A DNA stretch of 64,000 nucleotides from assembly GCA_016748015.1 (NCBI GenBank), contig JAAOMT010000375.1:2946-66945 (forward strand), read 5' to 3'. The notes beneath the pieces are model-generated. The model saw nothing but the letters and a program-made list of their open reading frames with translations. It was not told where the DNA came from and did not search any database. This document shows positions 33,451 through 46,866 of the stretch, piece by piece (the first letter of the stretch is position 1; the number at the start of each line of letters is the position of its first letter). The position numbers and the translations under genes are program-made. The DNA comes from Geosiphon pyriformis uo1 (Eukaryota > Fungi > Glomeromycota).

Positions 33451-35697
33451 CTAATCGACATACTCAGTAAAATGCGTATGACCTATTGGCAAAACCCAAA
33501 AATGTAAAAAGCTTAAGAATTGAATTTAAGTGAAAACAGCGAAGTATTAGTTTTAAAGATACATACCAGTTTGTAAAGCATGCTGCGTTGCTTCTTTTTC
33601 ACCTATACAATGAATGTTAAAAATAATCGGTAAATTTTGATATTTTCATAACATAAGCTCCAATATATCAAAAAAAGTATCACATAGATCCTGAGAGTCC
33701 TAGAAAACTGAACCCTGGAAAACAACTAAAAGGTCGTTCCTTGTAGCTGACCTTTGATTCCAGTATTACATTCCCCACATCGAAGAGTAAAGTATGCAGT
33801 GTATGTATACTTGTGTAGCTAATGGACCAATCCAGTCAACAAAAAAATTTTGTCAATAGAACTGAATAAGTTCTCACTTTAAGGATATAAAATGATTCAA
33901 ACACCCAGGACTTATTGACACACATCGAATATTCACGAACCTCCTTCATTTTATTCGCAATAGTCAAAGCTATTTTGATCACGTAATCGTCAGAGATTTT
34001 AAAAATCGTTTGATCGTATTCTGGGACGGCATCAAGTGTAGGTGTCAAGGCTAGCGCGTCGTAGTCTAGAAATTAATATTTAAGTAGAACTTGTGAATCA
34101 GGAAATTAATCGAAAAACTATACAATGTTGAAATTTTACTTACGAATCCCGCTATTGTTGGAATACAGATGAATGAGTATTATATCAATAAATATGGTGC
34201 ATTATGAATATGGAAAATAGAGATAGACTACTTAAATAATTGAATCTCTAATGAAATCACATGAATATAAATATCACAAGTCTGAAAATACCTATAAATC
34301 AAGTAAACGCATTGATCATAGCGGCCTTGACCTAGAAAGGCCAAATTAAACCATAATTCAAATATCAAAATACAAATCTTGTGCCTTTTTTTTTCCGAAA
34401 ATCAACGCAATAAATGGTATCACAGGGTACACTACCATATCGATCAATACGTCCACTTCCAACATCAACACTACGAATTTCCGTTTTATAATGAGCCGAA
34501 AAAATTGATAATTCAATTGCTCCTCCCCAACTATTCGGCTTCCCAATCCAAGTGCAATACTCGTCTCGTGATCGTTCAAGTATCACGTCCGAGTATGTCT
34601 CAGGATCTTTACGAACGTGGTCAATTATAACTTTAAAGGGTATTAAAAGAAATTTAGAAACAAAGATAAAAATAGAGTAAAGGCAAAGAAACTGGCTAAT
34701 GATTACTTTCTCGTAGCCGTTGAGCTGTATCAATTGATCTCTCTAACACGTATCTTGCCAGCAAGGATAGTACGAATCATTATGGGTTATTTACGACTTG
34801 AATTAGTGGAAAATCAGTTATATAGGGAAGTACATGATTACCCTATAAAATGAACAATTAATTTGTGTGCCAGTTATAATCCAAAAGATCTAATCGGTCA
34901 AAAGCTTTTCTTACCAATTGCACGAAACAGGCATGAATTATCATCCGGCATTTCCTTTGTATGTGAAGAAATTAATGTTTTGAATACTGAGTAAAATGTT
35001 TGTATTTTCGAACCTGAAAAATATAGAATTGCACAAACCATACTTCTAATTAAACAAAATTCCCAAATTCTTTATATCCCATAAATCCTACCCTAAGAAT
35101 AATATGACCGTAATCAGTATCCACTGAAATACTAGATTCTTTTTGCTGTTTCCTTCGCCTAGCTTCAATCTCCAATACTTTGTCCCAAGGAATCTCATGC
35201 ACGATTATTGTTTCACCGTTTCGGATTCCAGCTGCATGTAATGTCTCGGTTTCTTTCGATGAGATTTTACGTGGTGGGTAGCCCATTTTTACTTTTAATA
35301 GATCGAAGGATGAAAATTTGAAGTCAATTGATAAAAGGAACACTATTAAGTCGATCGAATTATGCTTGATAGAGAACCGATTCCAAGGAGGAACCATCAC
35401 AAAAGAAACATCATCAGAAATTCGGATTATGGTTTCATACTATATAGATAATCCATTTTCTGAACAATATGGCAAATTTCTAGTAAAACTATATTGACAT
35501 CACGCCAGAAAAAACTATTGAATCCCAAGGAGTTACAAAATAATTTCTGTTATATGCTCACGTTCTTGCCGTCTAGCCTCAATACCAGTATACTTTTGTA
35601 TACTCGACTCCAATGTTGAGACCTTATCTTCTGGGGAACTGACAATTTCATAAACTTTGCCATTGTTCGCCTGACGAATTTTAAGTTTTAATGACAT
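33451..35697 (-). CDS. OTU1: Ubiquitin thioesterase OTU1/YOD1 (UBX-like, OTU, C2H2), 308 aa, 12 exons: 35562-35697, 35092-35291, 34915-34954, 34842, 34707-34753, 34436-34630, 34292-34331, 34144-34151, 33941-34065, 33752-33818, 33567-33602, 33451-33482
   Basis: GYPP, catalytic PDDNSCLFRAI, SWGGAIEL, YSGIHYDAL and FTLRCGEC..GEKEATQHALQTGH. All introns are GT-AG and the 927-nt CDS is in frame. Confidence 0.93.
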
Positions 35698-35808
35698 ATT
35701 TTATGGCTTTCAAATTTGACGATCCGATTTATTATCAAAAAAATTGTTACTTTCAGATTAAGAAAATAAATGTCTGAATATTATAGTGTTTATTAAATTT
35801 TTTAATAT

Positions 35809-35828
35809 TATATATATATATATATATA
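35809..35828. repeat. (TA)10 microsatellite upstream of OTU1
   Basis: Read directly from the sequence. Confidence 0.9.
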
Positions 35829-35829
35829 T

Positions 35830-36400
35830 TGCGTTAATTATCCAATTACAATCTAATTTACATAACAAAAATAATACATATTAAATGTGACTTATGTGCT
35901 TTTTACATGTAACCAGCCACTTAAACTTATATTACATTAAACACTATAAAAAAACCTTTAACATTTATTTTACTTTAGATTTGTACTATTTTTTACAAAA
36001 TTACTTAACTAAATTCTGGTTTTTTTTTACTATTTTTTATATTTTAATGTTTAAGCTTTTATAAAGACCACAAACAAGCCAACAATTTATTATTCCAAAA
36101 AAAAAATCAAATTATACTTAAAATTAGTAAAAAATTTTGCAAAAAGACCAAAATCTTTTTTAAATTCTTAATTTAATTATTTTTACCACAAAAACAGATT
36201 TATTATAAATAAAAACAAAAATTTAAGCTATTAATATATTAATTAATTTAACTACAAATTTAATCAATTAATTTAACTTTAAAATTTTGGCTTTTAAAAA
36301 AGCCAATTTGAATTTAAATATATTTTTAACAATAAATAATACTTAAAAAACAACAGTTATAACATAAAACATTAAATTAACAAATTTATTTATAAGAATT
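35830..36400 (-). mobile_element. Decayed 3' end of a LINE
   Basis: TACATGTAACCAGCCACTTAAAC...AACACTA matches the 3' UTR at 19738-19778. Confidence 0.65.
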
Positions 36401-36479
36401 TTTTTTGTTTTTTTATTTAATATGTAAATTTAATTTCTATTTAATATAATATAAAACTTTTTTCTTTTATTTATTTTAA

Positions 36480-37170
36480 ATTTCTTAAAAATGTTTTTAT
36501 TCTGTTTTTGTTTTAACATTTTACAATTTCTTAAAAAAACATTTTTTTTGTGGTAAAAATAACAGCTGTTTTTAATAATAGTGTGTTTAAAAAGAAATTA
36601 ATCAAAAAATTTTTTTACAGTTTAACAAATAGCATTTTTCTTAAAAAAAAAGAGTTTTATTTAACAATATAAAATACTTAAGTAATAAAAAAAATTGTTT
36701 TTAATTTAACTTTTTGAAAATATTAATATGTTTTTTAATATAAAAAACAAATTAAATAATAAAAACAACAATATTTTTTAGATAAAAATAATTATAAATT
36801 AATAATAAAAGTAAAAATTACTTAAAGTTTGTTTTAGATACTTTTAAAGTTAAGCAAATTAATATTAGTATAATAAATAATACTTTTTTTGGTTTTTTTG
36901 AGTTTAATATAAATAAGAATTTTAAATCTTTTTTTTTTATTTTAAAGCCAATATAAATGTAAATTTTATATTATAAATATTAATCTTTTAGTTATTAAAA
37001 AAAAATTTCTTAAAAAAGTTGAAATTCATAAAAAATATTTCTTAAATATAAATAATTTTAAAAAATCATTTACTTTTTTAAAATTTAATAAGATTGTTTA
37101 TATAATTTTTATATTAAAAAAAACTGTATTAAAAATATTAAGTTTGATTAAAAACAATAATATAATAATT
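36480..37170 (+). pseudogene. Decayed 5' part of a LINE ORF1
   Basis: AT-shifted equivalents of KKKVVLGNVKHSG and ALDINL..NGFG..PSKF. Confidence 0.5.
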
Positions 37171-37174
37171 TGTA

Positions 37175-37700
37175 AAAATAACTTGTAGTTTGACAAAATA
37201 TGTCTTTAATTTGCCAAAATATTAAAAAAATACTAGATTATAGAATAATATTATAACAAATTATATAAAAAAAAAGATTTTTTCTTTAAAAAAATATGTT
37301 TTATTTTAGAATAACAGTTATAATTAACAATTAATTATTATAAATTAATTTAATAAAATTATTTTAAAAACCCCAAATTTTTATTTATTATTGTTTTAAA
37401 ATTACTTATTTCAAACTAATATTTTAAAATTAATTAACTATTAATTTCAGTAATTATTAATACTTTTAAATCTAAATTCAAAACAATTTTTATTTTTTAT
37501 TTTTTTTATTTTTTTATTAATTTACAATTAAAATTTTTGTAAAAAAGTTAATTTTCATAGCAAAATAACTACATATTATTTAGAAAACTTACAAATAAAA
37601 TTTTTTGTAAAAAAATTAATTTTTATTATAATAGTGTTTTGACTATTAACTTTAGTCCAAATTATTTGAAAAAACAGTTCAATCTGAAAATTATCTAAAT
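37175..37700 (+). repeat. Decayed partial LTR, family B
   Basis: AAATAACTTGTAGTTT and GCAAAATAACTACAT blocks. Confidence 0.6.
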
Positions 37701-37739
37701 CATAAAGCAAGAAACACAATCTTATAAACATTAAAAATA

Positions 37740-40700
37740 CTATCAAACAACTTGTATATTTTTATCAATTTTCAACAAAAATTGAATATTAAATGCTTTA
37801 TCAATAGCAACCAAAATTTTTTTTCAGAGTAAGTGCATCTAATTAATACTGGATTTGATCTTTAATATTCCAAAAACCAAATACTAATGTTGAAATCATT
37901 TGTTGTTATTACAATTAACCTAAAATTAGCATTTAAAATACCAATTAAAGTTATAATACAAATAGTCTTTTAATCTAGTTTAATCAAAAAAAATTAATAT
38001 TAAAAAAGAAATTATAGACTCTAAATACACAAAAAAGCTTATGGTTTTATTACACAATGAATCAAATTGACTATATGTAATTAAACCAAAAAAAAAAATT
38101 CTATAAGCAATTTTCTTATCTTTACTCCAAATTATCAAATTATTCATTACTAAAATAGAAAAAAAACTAGGAAAAACCAAATACAAAATCCAAGATCTTG
38201 ATTTTATAAAAACAGTTACACTACTTATTAACTATATAGAAACAATACAGGAAAACTTAAACATGATCTAAATTGATAAAATAATTACAATTTTACTATT
38301 TAGAATATACTTATTTAACTCATACAAAAAAGCAACAGAAGATTTTTTATTCAAGCTATATGCTCTCTTCTGTAAACAATTTTCAATTAGTTTTACCAAT
38401 TTGTATATATTATACTATAGCTATTTGCAAATAGAAATACTTATTTATAATTTATTTAAAGAAATTATATACTTATCTAAGAATATGGTCTTAGGATATT
38501 TGAGTACAGATATTGTTAATCAACATAAACTTCAAAAAAATTTTAACTTTTCTTAGTTGGTATTATATTGTAAAACTAAACTGATTTTGTTAAAACCAAA
38601 TACTAAATGCTACCAAATAATTAGTAAAAAGTTAATTAAGCTCAATTTTGAATTATTAAATCTTTTATAACAAAGACAATTGAAAACACTTATCTTAAAA
38701 TACTTAAACATTTTTGCCAAAAAAAATAAGTTTGAACAAACCAACTTGGTTTATTATTAGATTTATACAAGAAACACATTATTTATTAAGCAATATGCCT
38801 ACTCAGTATTACTATCTAAACATAATTTTATAAAAAAAGAAGTTAATTAATTATTAAAAAATAGGTTTATACAACTTTTTATAAGTCTCTAGTTTTTATA
38901 TATTATACTAGTATGAAAAAAAATAGAAAAATTCAATAATATTACCAAATAAAATGTTTATTTCTTATCACAAATTAATAAAATCTTGAATATTCTAAAA
39001 AAATTTAAATAATTCTCGACTTTAGATCTTAGCAATAGATATTAGCAAGTAGTTATGGATCTTAATAATTAAGAAAAAACCACTTTTATAATTCAAAATA
39101 ACAATTACAAATTTAATGTAATGCCATTTAAATTAATTAATACTCTTATAACATTCCAATAGCTAATAGATATTATTTACTTTAAAATGTTATGAAAATC
39201 TATAGTGGTATTACCAGTAGAATTTTAGTTATTAATTAGCATAAAATTATCTTTATAATTCTTATCATTAATTAACATATATTAATATCATTTAATTATT
39301 ACTTATTACTTAATCAAAATTATTAAATATTACTATTTAATTAATAATCCAATTTGTACAATAGAAATTAGAATAATCAAATTATATAATATTCAAAAAT
39401 TTGTAGAAATTTACCAAAATAATAAATAGTTTATCGAAATAGTTGATAGTTTAATAAAATAACTTGTAGTTTAGCAAAATGTATTTTTAATTCATTGAAA
39501 TTATAGCAAAGAAAAAAGTTCAAGTTTATAGACTAATACTATAACAAGTTATATAAAAAAAAAACTTTTTTTTTCAAGAAAATATATCTTACCATAGATA
39601 TAATATCTTTTTCAGAATTATTTTATAGTACAAATTCAAAATAATTATACTCAAAATTCCCTGAAACCCAACTAACATTTTGAAATTGATTAACTACCAA
39701 TTTTAATAAATTATTAGTAATTCTAGGCCTGAACCAAAAAATAATTCTCTTAACAAAACTTTATTTTTTTTATATTTTTTATATTTTCTTTTATTTTTTT
39801 CTTATTATAATTATTAGGATAACCTACAGATAAAATTCCTGTAGAAGAGTTGACTTTTACAGCAAAGTAACTATACATTTTAGTAAGCTTCCAGATAAGC
39901 AATTTCTGGAAAAAAATTAACATTTACTACAATATAATTATACAAAGTAACTGGCATAAAATTAGCTATTTTACTTATAAGTAGTAGTTCAAATTATAGA
40001 AGATAATTTGAAGATAAATTTAGTTATCAGAAATTCACTAGCTTTTAAAAAACATAAAATAACAGCAAACAGATATTAACAACATTCAAGAAAAGAAACC
40101 AAAAATTTTTAGTAACAGTAGTCTACTTAAACAACATAAATGTGTTCTTATTAATATTTAAAGAGTATTTTAAATATCTACAATAAGTCTTCAAAAAACT
40201 TTGGACCACTGAACTGAAACTTAATTCCAAACAATGTTTTTTTGAAAAATTACAACTTGTCTTCCTAAGACACATTATTGGAAAAAAAGAAATAAAATCT
40301 AACTCTGTAAAAATTAAGAAAGTTAAAAATTTTTCTTACTTTCAGAATTTGACTAAACTTCAAAGATTTTTAAGACTTATTTTATACTACTGAAAATTTG
40401 TTAAAGATTTCTCAACAATAACTCAACTATTAAATTAATTATTAATTAAAAATACAACATAAAAATAGAGTAAAAAATAAAAATAAGCATTTAACTACTT
40501 GAAGCAAAAGCTCATTAAAGCTTTAATTTTAGTATACTCCGACTTTACCAAAAAATTTATACTCATAATTAATGTTCTTAAAACAGATTTAAATATTATG
40601 TTATTATAATAAGATAAAAAAAGAAAAGAATATGTAATAATATATGTCAGCAGAAATCTAAGCATAACTAAAAAAAACTATACAGCTTATAAAGTAAAAT

Positions 40701-43700
40701 GTTTTGTGATTATATAAGCTGTAAAATATTTTAAACAATATTTATTATGTAATCTATTTAATATTATTATAGATTACAAAAGACTTATTTAATTAATAAA
40801 CAAAAATTCTTTGAAAAAATGTTATATTAGATAAATTACTATTTTATAACTTTACACATATAACATTATTTATAAAAAAAAACCAAAAACACAAATACAG
40901 ACTGTCTATTCTGAATAAGATATATATAATCACCAAGAATTATTTATTATTTGATTAAATTAAATATTAAAACATATCAACATCTAATATATTATCTTAC
41001 AACTTTCCAATTACCAATGAAATTATCATTAAAAAAACAAACAAAAATTCAGAAACAAGTTAAATATTATCTGGTTAAAAACAATATATTATACTAATAC
41101 TACTAATATAATTTACTTTAAGTAATTATTAAAACTGAAAAAAAAATTATTCTTTATAATATGTATTTAGATTTAAATACAAGACACTTTACAAAAAAAG
41201 TCATAATTTAATAGATAACTAGTCTGTACTATTAACCAAAAATGTATATTAATATTATTCAATATATTTACAATTATAATATATATTAAAAAAAGAGAGA
41301 ATTAAAAGCAACCAAACTGTTACAACTTATTAAAATAAAAAGACTATTTGATAGAGTAGAAATTAATTTAGTAGAACTACTAACTATTACTACTAAAAAG
41401 AACTAATACATTGCAGTTACTATAAATTACTTAACAAAATAATCAGAAGCAAGAGTTATTAAAATTACAGATATTAAATCAATTGCTAATTTTATATATG
41501 AAAATTTAATCTGTAGATATAGTTATCTAAAAGAGCTATTTTTAGATCAAAAAACCCATTTTGTAAACAATTTGTTTGCTAAAATCAGTTAACACTTTGG
41601 GATAAAATAATTTTTATTATTATTTTATTTACTACAGACAAATAAATTAGTAAAACATTTTAATAGAACATTATACAAATTCCTAACAAAAATAAACAAT
41701 AAAATATAACAAAAATGAGGTTTATTTATTTCTTTAGTTTTATTAGCTTATCAAACACTAAAACATAACACTACAAAATTCATACTATTTAAATTAATAT
41801 GTAAAAGAAATACTACATTATCTATAGAATTAATAATAAATATCTACCCAATAGAACCAATAAATAAGAACAACTTACAAAAAACTACTAAAAAACAGGC
41901 TTATCAACTGCTAGCAAAACTAAAAGACAATTTTCAATACATAATCAATAATATTAAGTACTTTTAAGAACAACAAAAAGTCTAATACAATAACAAATTT
42001 TCAGAACAATTTATTATCTACAAAATAGGAAACATAGTTTTATTATATTGAATAAAAACAGAAAAACAATAAAATAAAAAATTTAACAACAAATAGAAAT
42101 AGACTTTTTTATGTTCACAATATCTTGGATAATAGAACATATAAATTATATTTAGGCAATAAAATTTTGAAAAAAGTTGTATATAATAACTAATTAAAAA
42201 TCTATTATTAATAACAATCATCTGATCTGTTAATGTTTAAATTAAGAACATATATACTAATTGTGTCTTCTAACCAAATTTTACAAGATTTAGAACCAAT
42301 AGTAATCATTAAATATTACTTAAAAAACAATTAATTGGATTAATTACATTTAAATTATCACTATTAATATTTAAAAAAAAATTAAAACAATCTTAAAAAT
42401 AGTGAAAAAAATCAGAAACATTAAACTATTAAAGAATTTTTTTAAATTTTGATATATTAAAATAATTTATTTTAGTATTTATTTATTTTTTATTTTTTAT
42501 TTTAAATATATCTAAAAATATTATAAATACTTTCTAATTTTTATTTTGGCTACTACAAAAAAATAATTTTCCATTATAAATTACTCTTATTAATTCTAAA
42601 ATATTATATAAAAAAAGAAACTAGTTATATAAAAAAATGAGCCAAACACAAATTATTTTAATATTTATTATAAAAAACAAAAAAATACCAACACATTAAT
42701 TGATAAAATTATGAAAAAATTTCAGCTTTTAAAAAGTACAATACTCAAAGAAGAAATGAACTTAATTGTTTTTTCTTGCTACACATATTTCATAATAGCT
42801 GTACAATTAGATCTTCAAACAATTTATACCAGAAAAAATAGCAAAAAAATTAACAAAACAAAACTCCAAAAATTTGAAAAACTAACTAAAAAAGGCAATT
42901 TTAAGCACTATTTAAGACAGCACACCAACTCTATATGTTGTTTTAATAATGTTTAGAAGTATTATTAACAAATAAAATAAACATACTTATTTTTAATAAA
43001 ATTAAAAAGCTTATTAACAACAAATTTCAGAATTTACAAGAACAAATAGTCTAAACAAATATACAAATCTTTATATTAAATGTTAATATTAAAGAAATGC
43101 ACATTAATTTTGATGGAACTTAATCTTAAAAAAAAGATAATATTACTTAATAGAAATTAACAAAAATCAAAAATAATAATATAAATAGTACAGATCAATG
43201 AATAAAATTAGAAAATATAATATGTATATGATAATATGCAAAACATATACAAATGTGTTCAATTTAATATAATTATAAACAAACGAATTAAAAAACACTT
43301 ATAGTTAAATAAAAGGCTTAATAACTTAATAATTACTTACTAATTAGTTAGAATAAACACAATTATATATAACTTGAAATATGTATATATATAATAGCTT
43401 TCTAACTAGAAAAAAAAACAAAAAGAAAGAATAATAAAAAACAAAAAATTAATTAGACAAAATAAAAATAAAAAAAGTAAAGAAATTAAATTATAATTTT
43501 AAGAAAAGCTAAAAAGTATGCTTGTCAAGCTTTGTATTATAATATTTATTAATACTAAGATCAGTGTAATTAGAAACCTTTTACTTTTATAATCTGGTCT
43601 TTTACAAATAACCAAAAGAGCTACTATTACCTTTTACTATCATCTTTTTATTAATAAAAAACAACAGTAAAAACATTTAATACACTAACAAAAACCTAAA

Positions 43701-43900
43701 TAAAATCCAAGCTTAACAAAATTGAAAATACATTAAAGAAATATTAAATACATAAAACCATTTAGAAATTACTTGTAATATCTTGACTAAAATTAACAGT
43801 TAACTTAAAAATCTGGAATAAGCTCTCTATATCTTTAGAAAATAATCTCTAATCAAAATTATTTTATGAATACTAATTTTGTTGAATTTTATTTTTTATT
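37740..43900 (+). mobile_element. Gypsy element G, heavily decayed: dUTPase, RT, RNase H, integrase, ORF3, PPT and a 3' LTR from 43141
   Basis: NTGFDL at about 37850, FSTLDLSNRY*QVVMD at about 39015, VVYLNNINVF spanning the LTR insertion, FDRVEINLV at about 41350, and a PPT remnant at 43127-43140. Confidence 0.8.
39209..40117 (+). mobile_element. Solo LTR, family B, inserted just before the YxDD motif of the element G RT
   Basis: TATTACC...AGTAACA ends with TSD GTGG/GTAG; removal restores KSIVVYLNNINVF. Confidence 0.88.
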
Positions 43901-44597
43901 TTTAATCTTTTTTAAATTTATTAGGAATAGAATACTGCTTTATTACAAGTAAAAAAAATCAAATATTTGGTATTAGCACAAAATAAAAAAAAAGAAGTAT
44001 TTTTATAAGAACTTTAAAAAAAGACATATTTAAAAGTATAAAAATACAACAAAAATTCTTCTTAAAAAACTAGTATAGTAGCAGCTATTAACAGTAATTT
44101 TAATGAAAACATTATATCATATACTAAACTTAATAACAAAAACACTCACCAGAAAAAATTATTTAATACTTGTTAAGAAGTTAAAAAAACTTATTAAACT
44201 AATTTTTAAATTCTTAAATAAGAGAATAATAATAATATATAAAAGTAAGCACTACTTTTATTATGAAATATTTCTTTTTTTTACTTATACTTATAATATA
44301 ATAGGCATATTTAGGTACTATTAAATTCAAAATTTTTTTTACATTAGATTTCTAAACATTTTTTAATAACAAAGTTTTTGTCTTTGTTATTACTTATTAT
44401 ATCAATAATAATTGGAACTTTTAACAAACAATAATTGATTTTGGATTAATAAATAGATAACATAATAGAATAAATATTGTAAACAAATTTTTCAAAGTAT
44501 TAAAAAATTAAAAAATTATATTAAAAGTATCTATATATATTTTTGTATAAATTTAAGTTAATTAATAACCAATAATAAAATTGGCATATTATATAGC

Positions 44598-45052
44598 ATA
44601 TTAATATTATTTGAGACTTAGAATTATCATAATGCTCATATTATTAAAAATTGTGTTTTCTTAATATTAACTTAAGTTGGTTTTATTATTGTCTTAGAGC
44701 TGAATTTTTGGCATTAATATTATCTAAGACTTAAAGTTATTATAGTGTTTATATTATCAAAAATTACATTTTCTTAATATTAACTTAAGTTAGATTTTAT
44801 TATTGTCTTAAAGCTGAATTTTTGGCATTAATATCATCTAAGACTTAAAGTTATTATAGTGTTTATATTATCAAAAATTACATTTTCTTAATATTAACTT
44901 AAGTTGGTTTTTATTATTGTTTTAAAGCTGAATTTTTAGTATTAGTATTATCTAAAACTTAGAGTTATCACAGTGCTTATATTATCAAAAACTGTATTTT
45001 TTTAATGTTAATTTAAGTGGTTTTTATTATTGTTTTAAGTCAAATTTTCAGC
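44598..45052. repeat. Tandem repeat, four units of 114 bp
   Basis: Units start at about 44598, 44712, 44826 and 44940. Confidence 0.9.
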
Positions 45053-45099
45053 CAAAAAGTTTAAGAAAAAAGTTTAAAAAAAGTTATACTGATCCTCTT

Positions 45100-46866
45100 T
45101 TTATATAAGTTTACCATTAATTTTATTAGTTATAATCTAATTTTATTTTGACAGCTTTTTGCTATTATTTTTGATAATACTACAAATAATAATACTTTCA
45201 TAAAAAAATTAATAAGAAAATTAGAAGAAAAAAACATTCAATAAAACTTAAAAAACTTTTGATTTTAATGATTTGATTATATTCTAAACTTGGCATTACA
45301 GACAGTCTTAAATAAAATAAAAAATGATGTTTCCAAGATATTGTTAAACCCAAACTGAATATATTTACCTAAAATTTTTTAATATAAGCTTTATATAAAT
45401 TAAAAATTAAAAAACTTAACTCTATAATCTGTATTTTACTTTAATATTTTGAGCTTCTTAAACATATCTGTAATGCATGTTAAATTAAATACTGTAAACT
45501 TATTTTGAATTGTCCTACTTAATGGAATTTTATTTATAACATGATTAGAAATGGGGTTTTTTTTAAATTGACAAGTTGTTTATTTTTGATTTCATATATT
45601 TTGAATATAAAAATTCTAACTGTAAATTTATAAGCATTAAACACTTATACTAGCACTTATATTAACTTTTATTAATATGTTATTTCATATGATCAATGGA
45701 CTGTCTTCAATAAAATTGTTAAATTCCTTAAACTATTTAAAAATATTACAGTTAAAATATCAATCAGTTCAAATAATACTGTTTTCTTAATTATTCTCCT
45801 CTTTAATATTATTTTTAACTATATTAAAGACATGGTTAATAATAATAAATCTGATAAAGCATTATAATCTTAATTGTATTTATTTGGTTATTTATTTAAC
45901 ACATTTAATATTAAATTTATTACTTATTATAATGACTTAAAGCAGCAAGAAAAAAGTTAATTGAATATTACTCTAAAACAAATACAACTATAATGCTTTG
46001 CACTGTATTAGATCCAAGAAAAAAATTCTATTATTTTACAAAGAAAAATTTTTTGAATAACAATATTAATAAAATAAAAGAATTGTAAATTATTAATTTA
46101 TTCAAATAGTTTTATTTTTTAACTCTTACACAATAAACTTTTAGAATACATACTTTTTTTAAAATAGAGTACACACTAGACATTATACTAACATCAAATA
46201 ACAGTTTTTTGTTGAATGGCAATTTTAATAATACTATAGTATTAGTTACATGATTATATTAGAGACAGACTTTAACAATAATAAGAAAGAAGAACTTGAC
46301 AAAATTAATCATTATATTTCTAAAAAAATGGCCAATAGAAAAATAAATATAATAACATAATGAAAGATATATTACAAAAAATATTTATCTAAATTAATAT
46401 TTTATTAATAATTTGATATTTAAGCACATCAAACACAATTTTTTTATCTTATATATATGACTTGTAATTATTTAACAATTTAAGAATTATTTATTGTTTC
46501 TAAATATGTCTTTTTTGCAAATAAAAATATGATTACAGATATAAGATCTTATTTAATGCCTAAAACTATAAAAACAGCACAGTGTTTTTATTTATAAATG
46601 CAGAAATTATTAAAAGAAAAATTAAATAATAATATAGTATAATATAATGTTTTTAATAGTTAAATCTAAACATATTTATAAATTTCGAATTAAACTTGAA
46701 CCAAACTTGTTACATGTGTTTGAGTTTGGTTTAAGTTCGATAATTATAAGTCTAGTTCAAGTTTAAGTTCAAAATTTTGCCAAATTTTCTGTTCAAGTTT
46801 GGTTTGGTTTGGTGGTTTAATTAAATTTGATTTAAATTAAACTAAACATCAGAATTTTAACTCCTG
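45100..46866 (+). mobile_element. Fossil hAT DNA transposon (transposase core, subterminal pentamer repeats, probable right TIR ending CTCCTG)
   Basis: DNTTNN (45173), NCPT*WNFIYNMI (45508, from DxxTRWNS), QWTVFNKIVKFLKLFKNITVKIS, TVLDPRKK (about 46002), and GTTTG/GTTCA/AAACT repeats at 46690-46850. Confidence 0.75.

Noticed and set aside
34754-34914. Stwintron (intron nested in a splice site) explanation of the OTU1 junction
   Set aside because: Removing the first intron leaves an intact GTAATC donor one base downstream, so no splice signal is interrupted. A 1-nt exon fits better.
35292-35561. Box C/D snoRNA in OTU1 intron 1
   Set aside because: TGATGA is present, but there is no downstream CTGA box or terminal stem.
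44598-45052. CRISPR-like array
   Set aside because: Eukaryotic context, no unique spacers and no cas genes.
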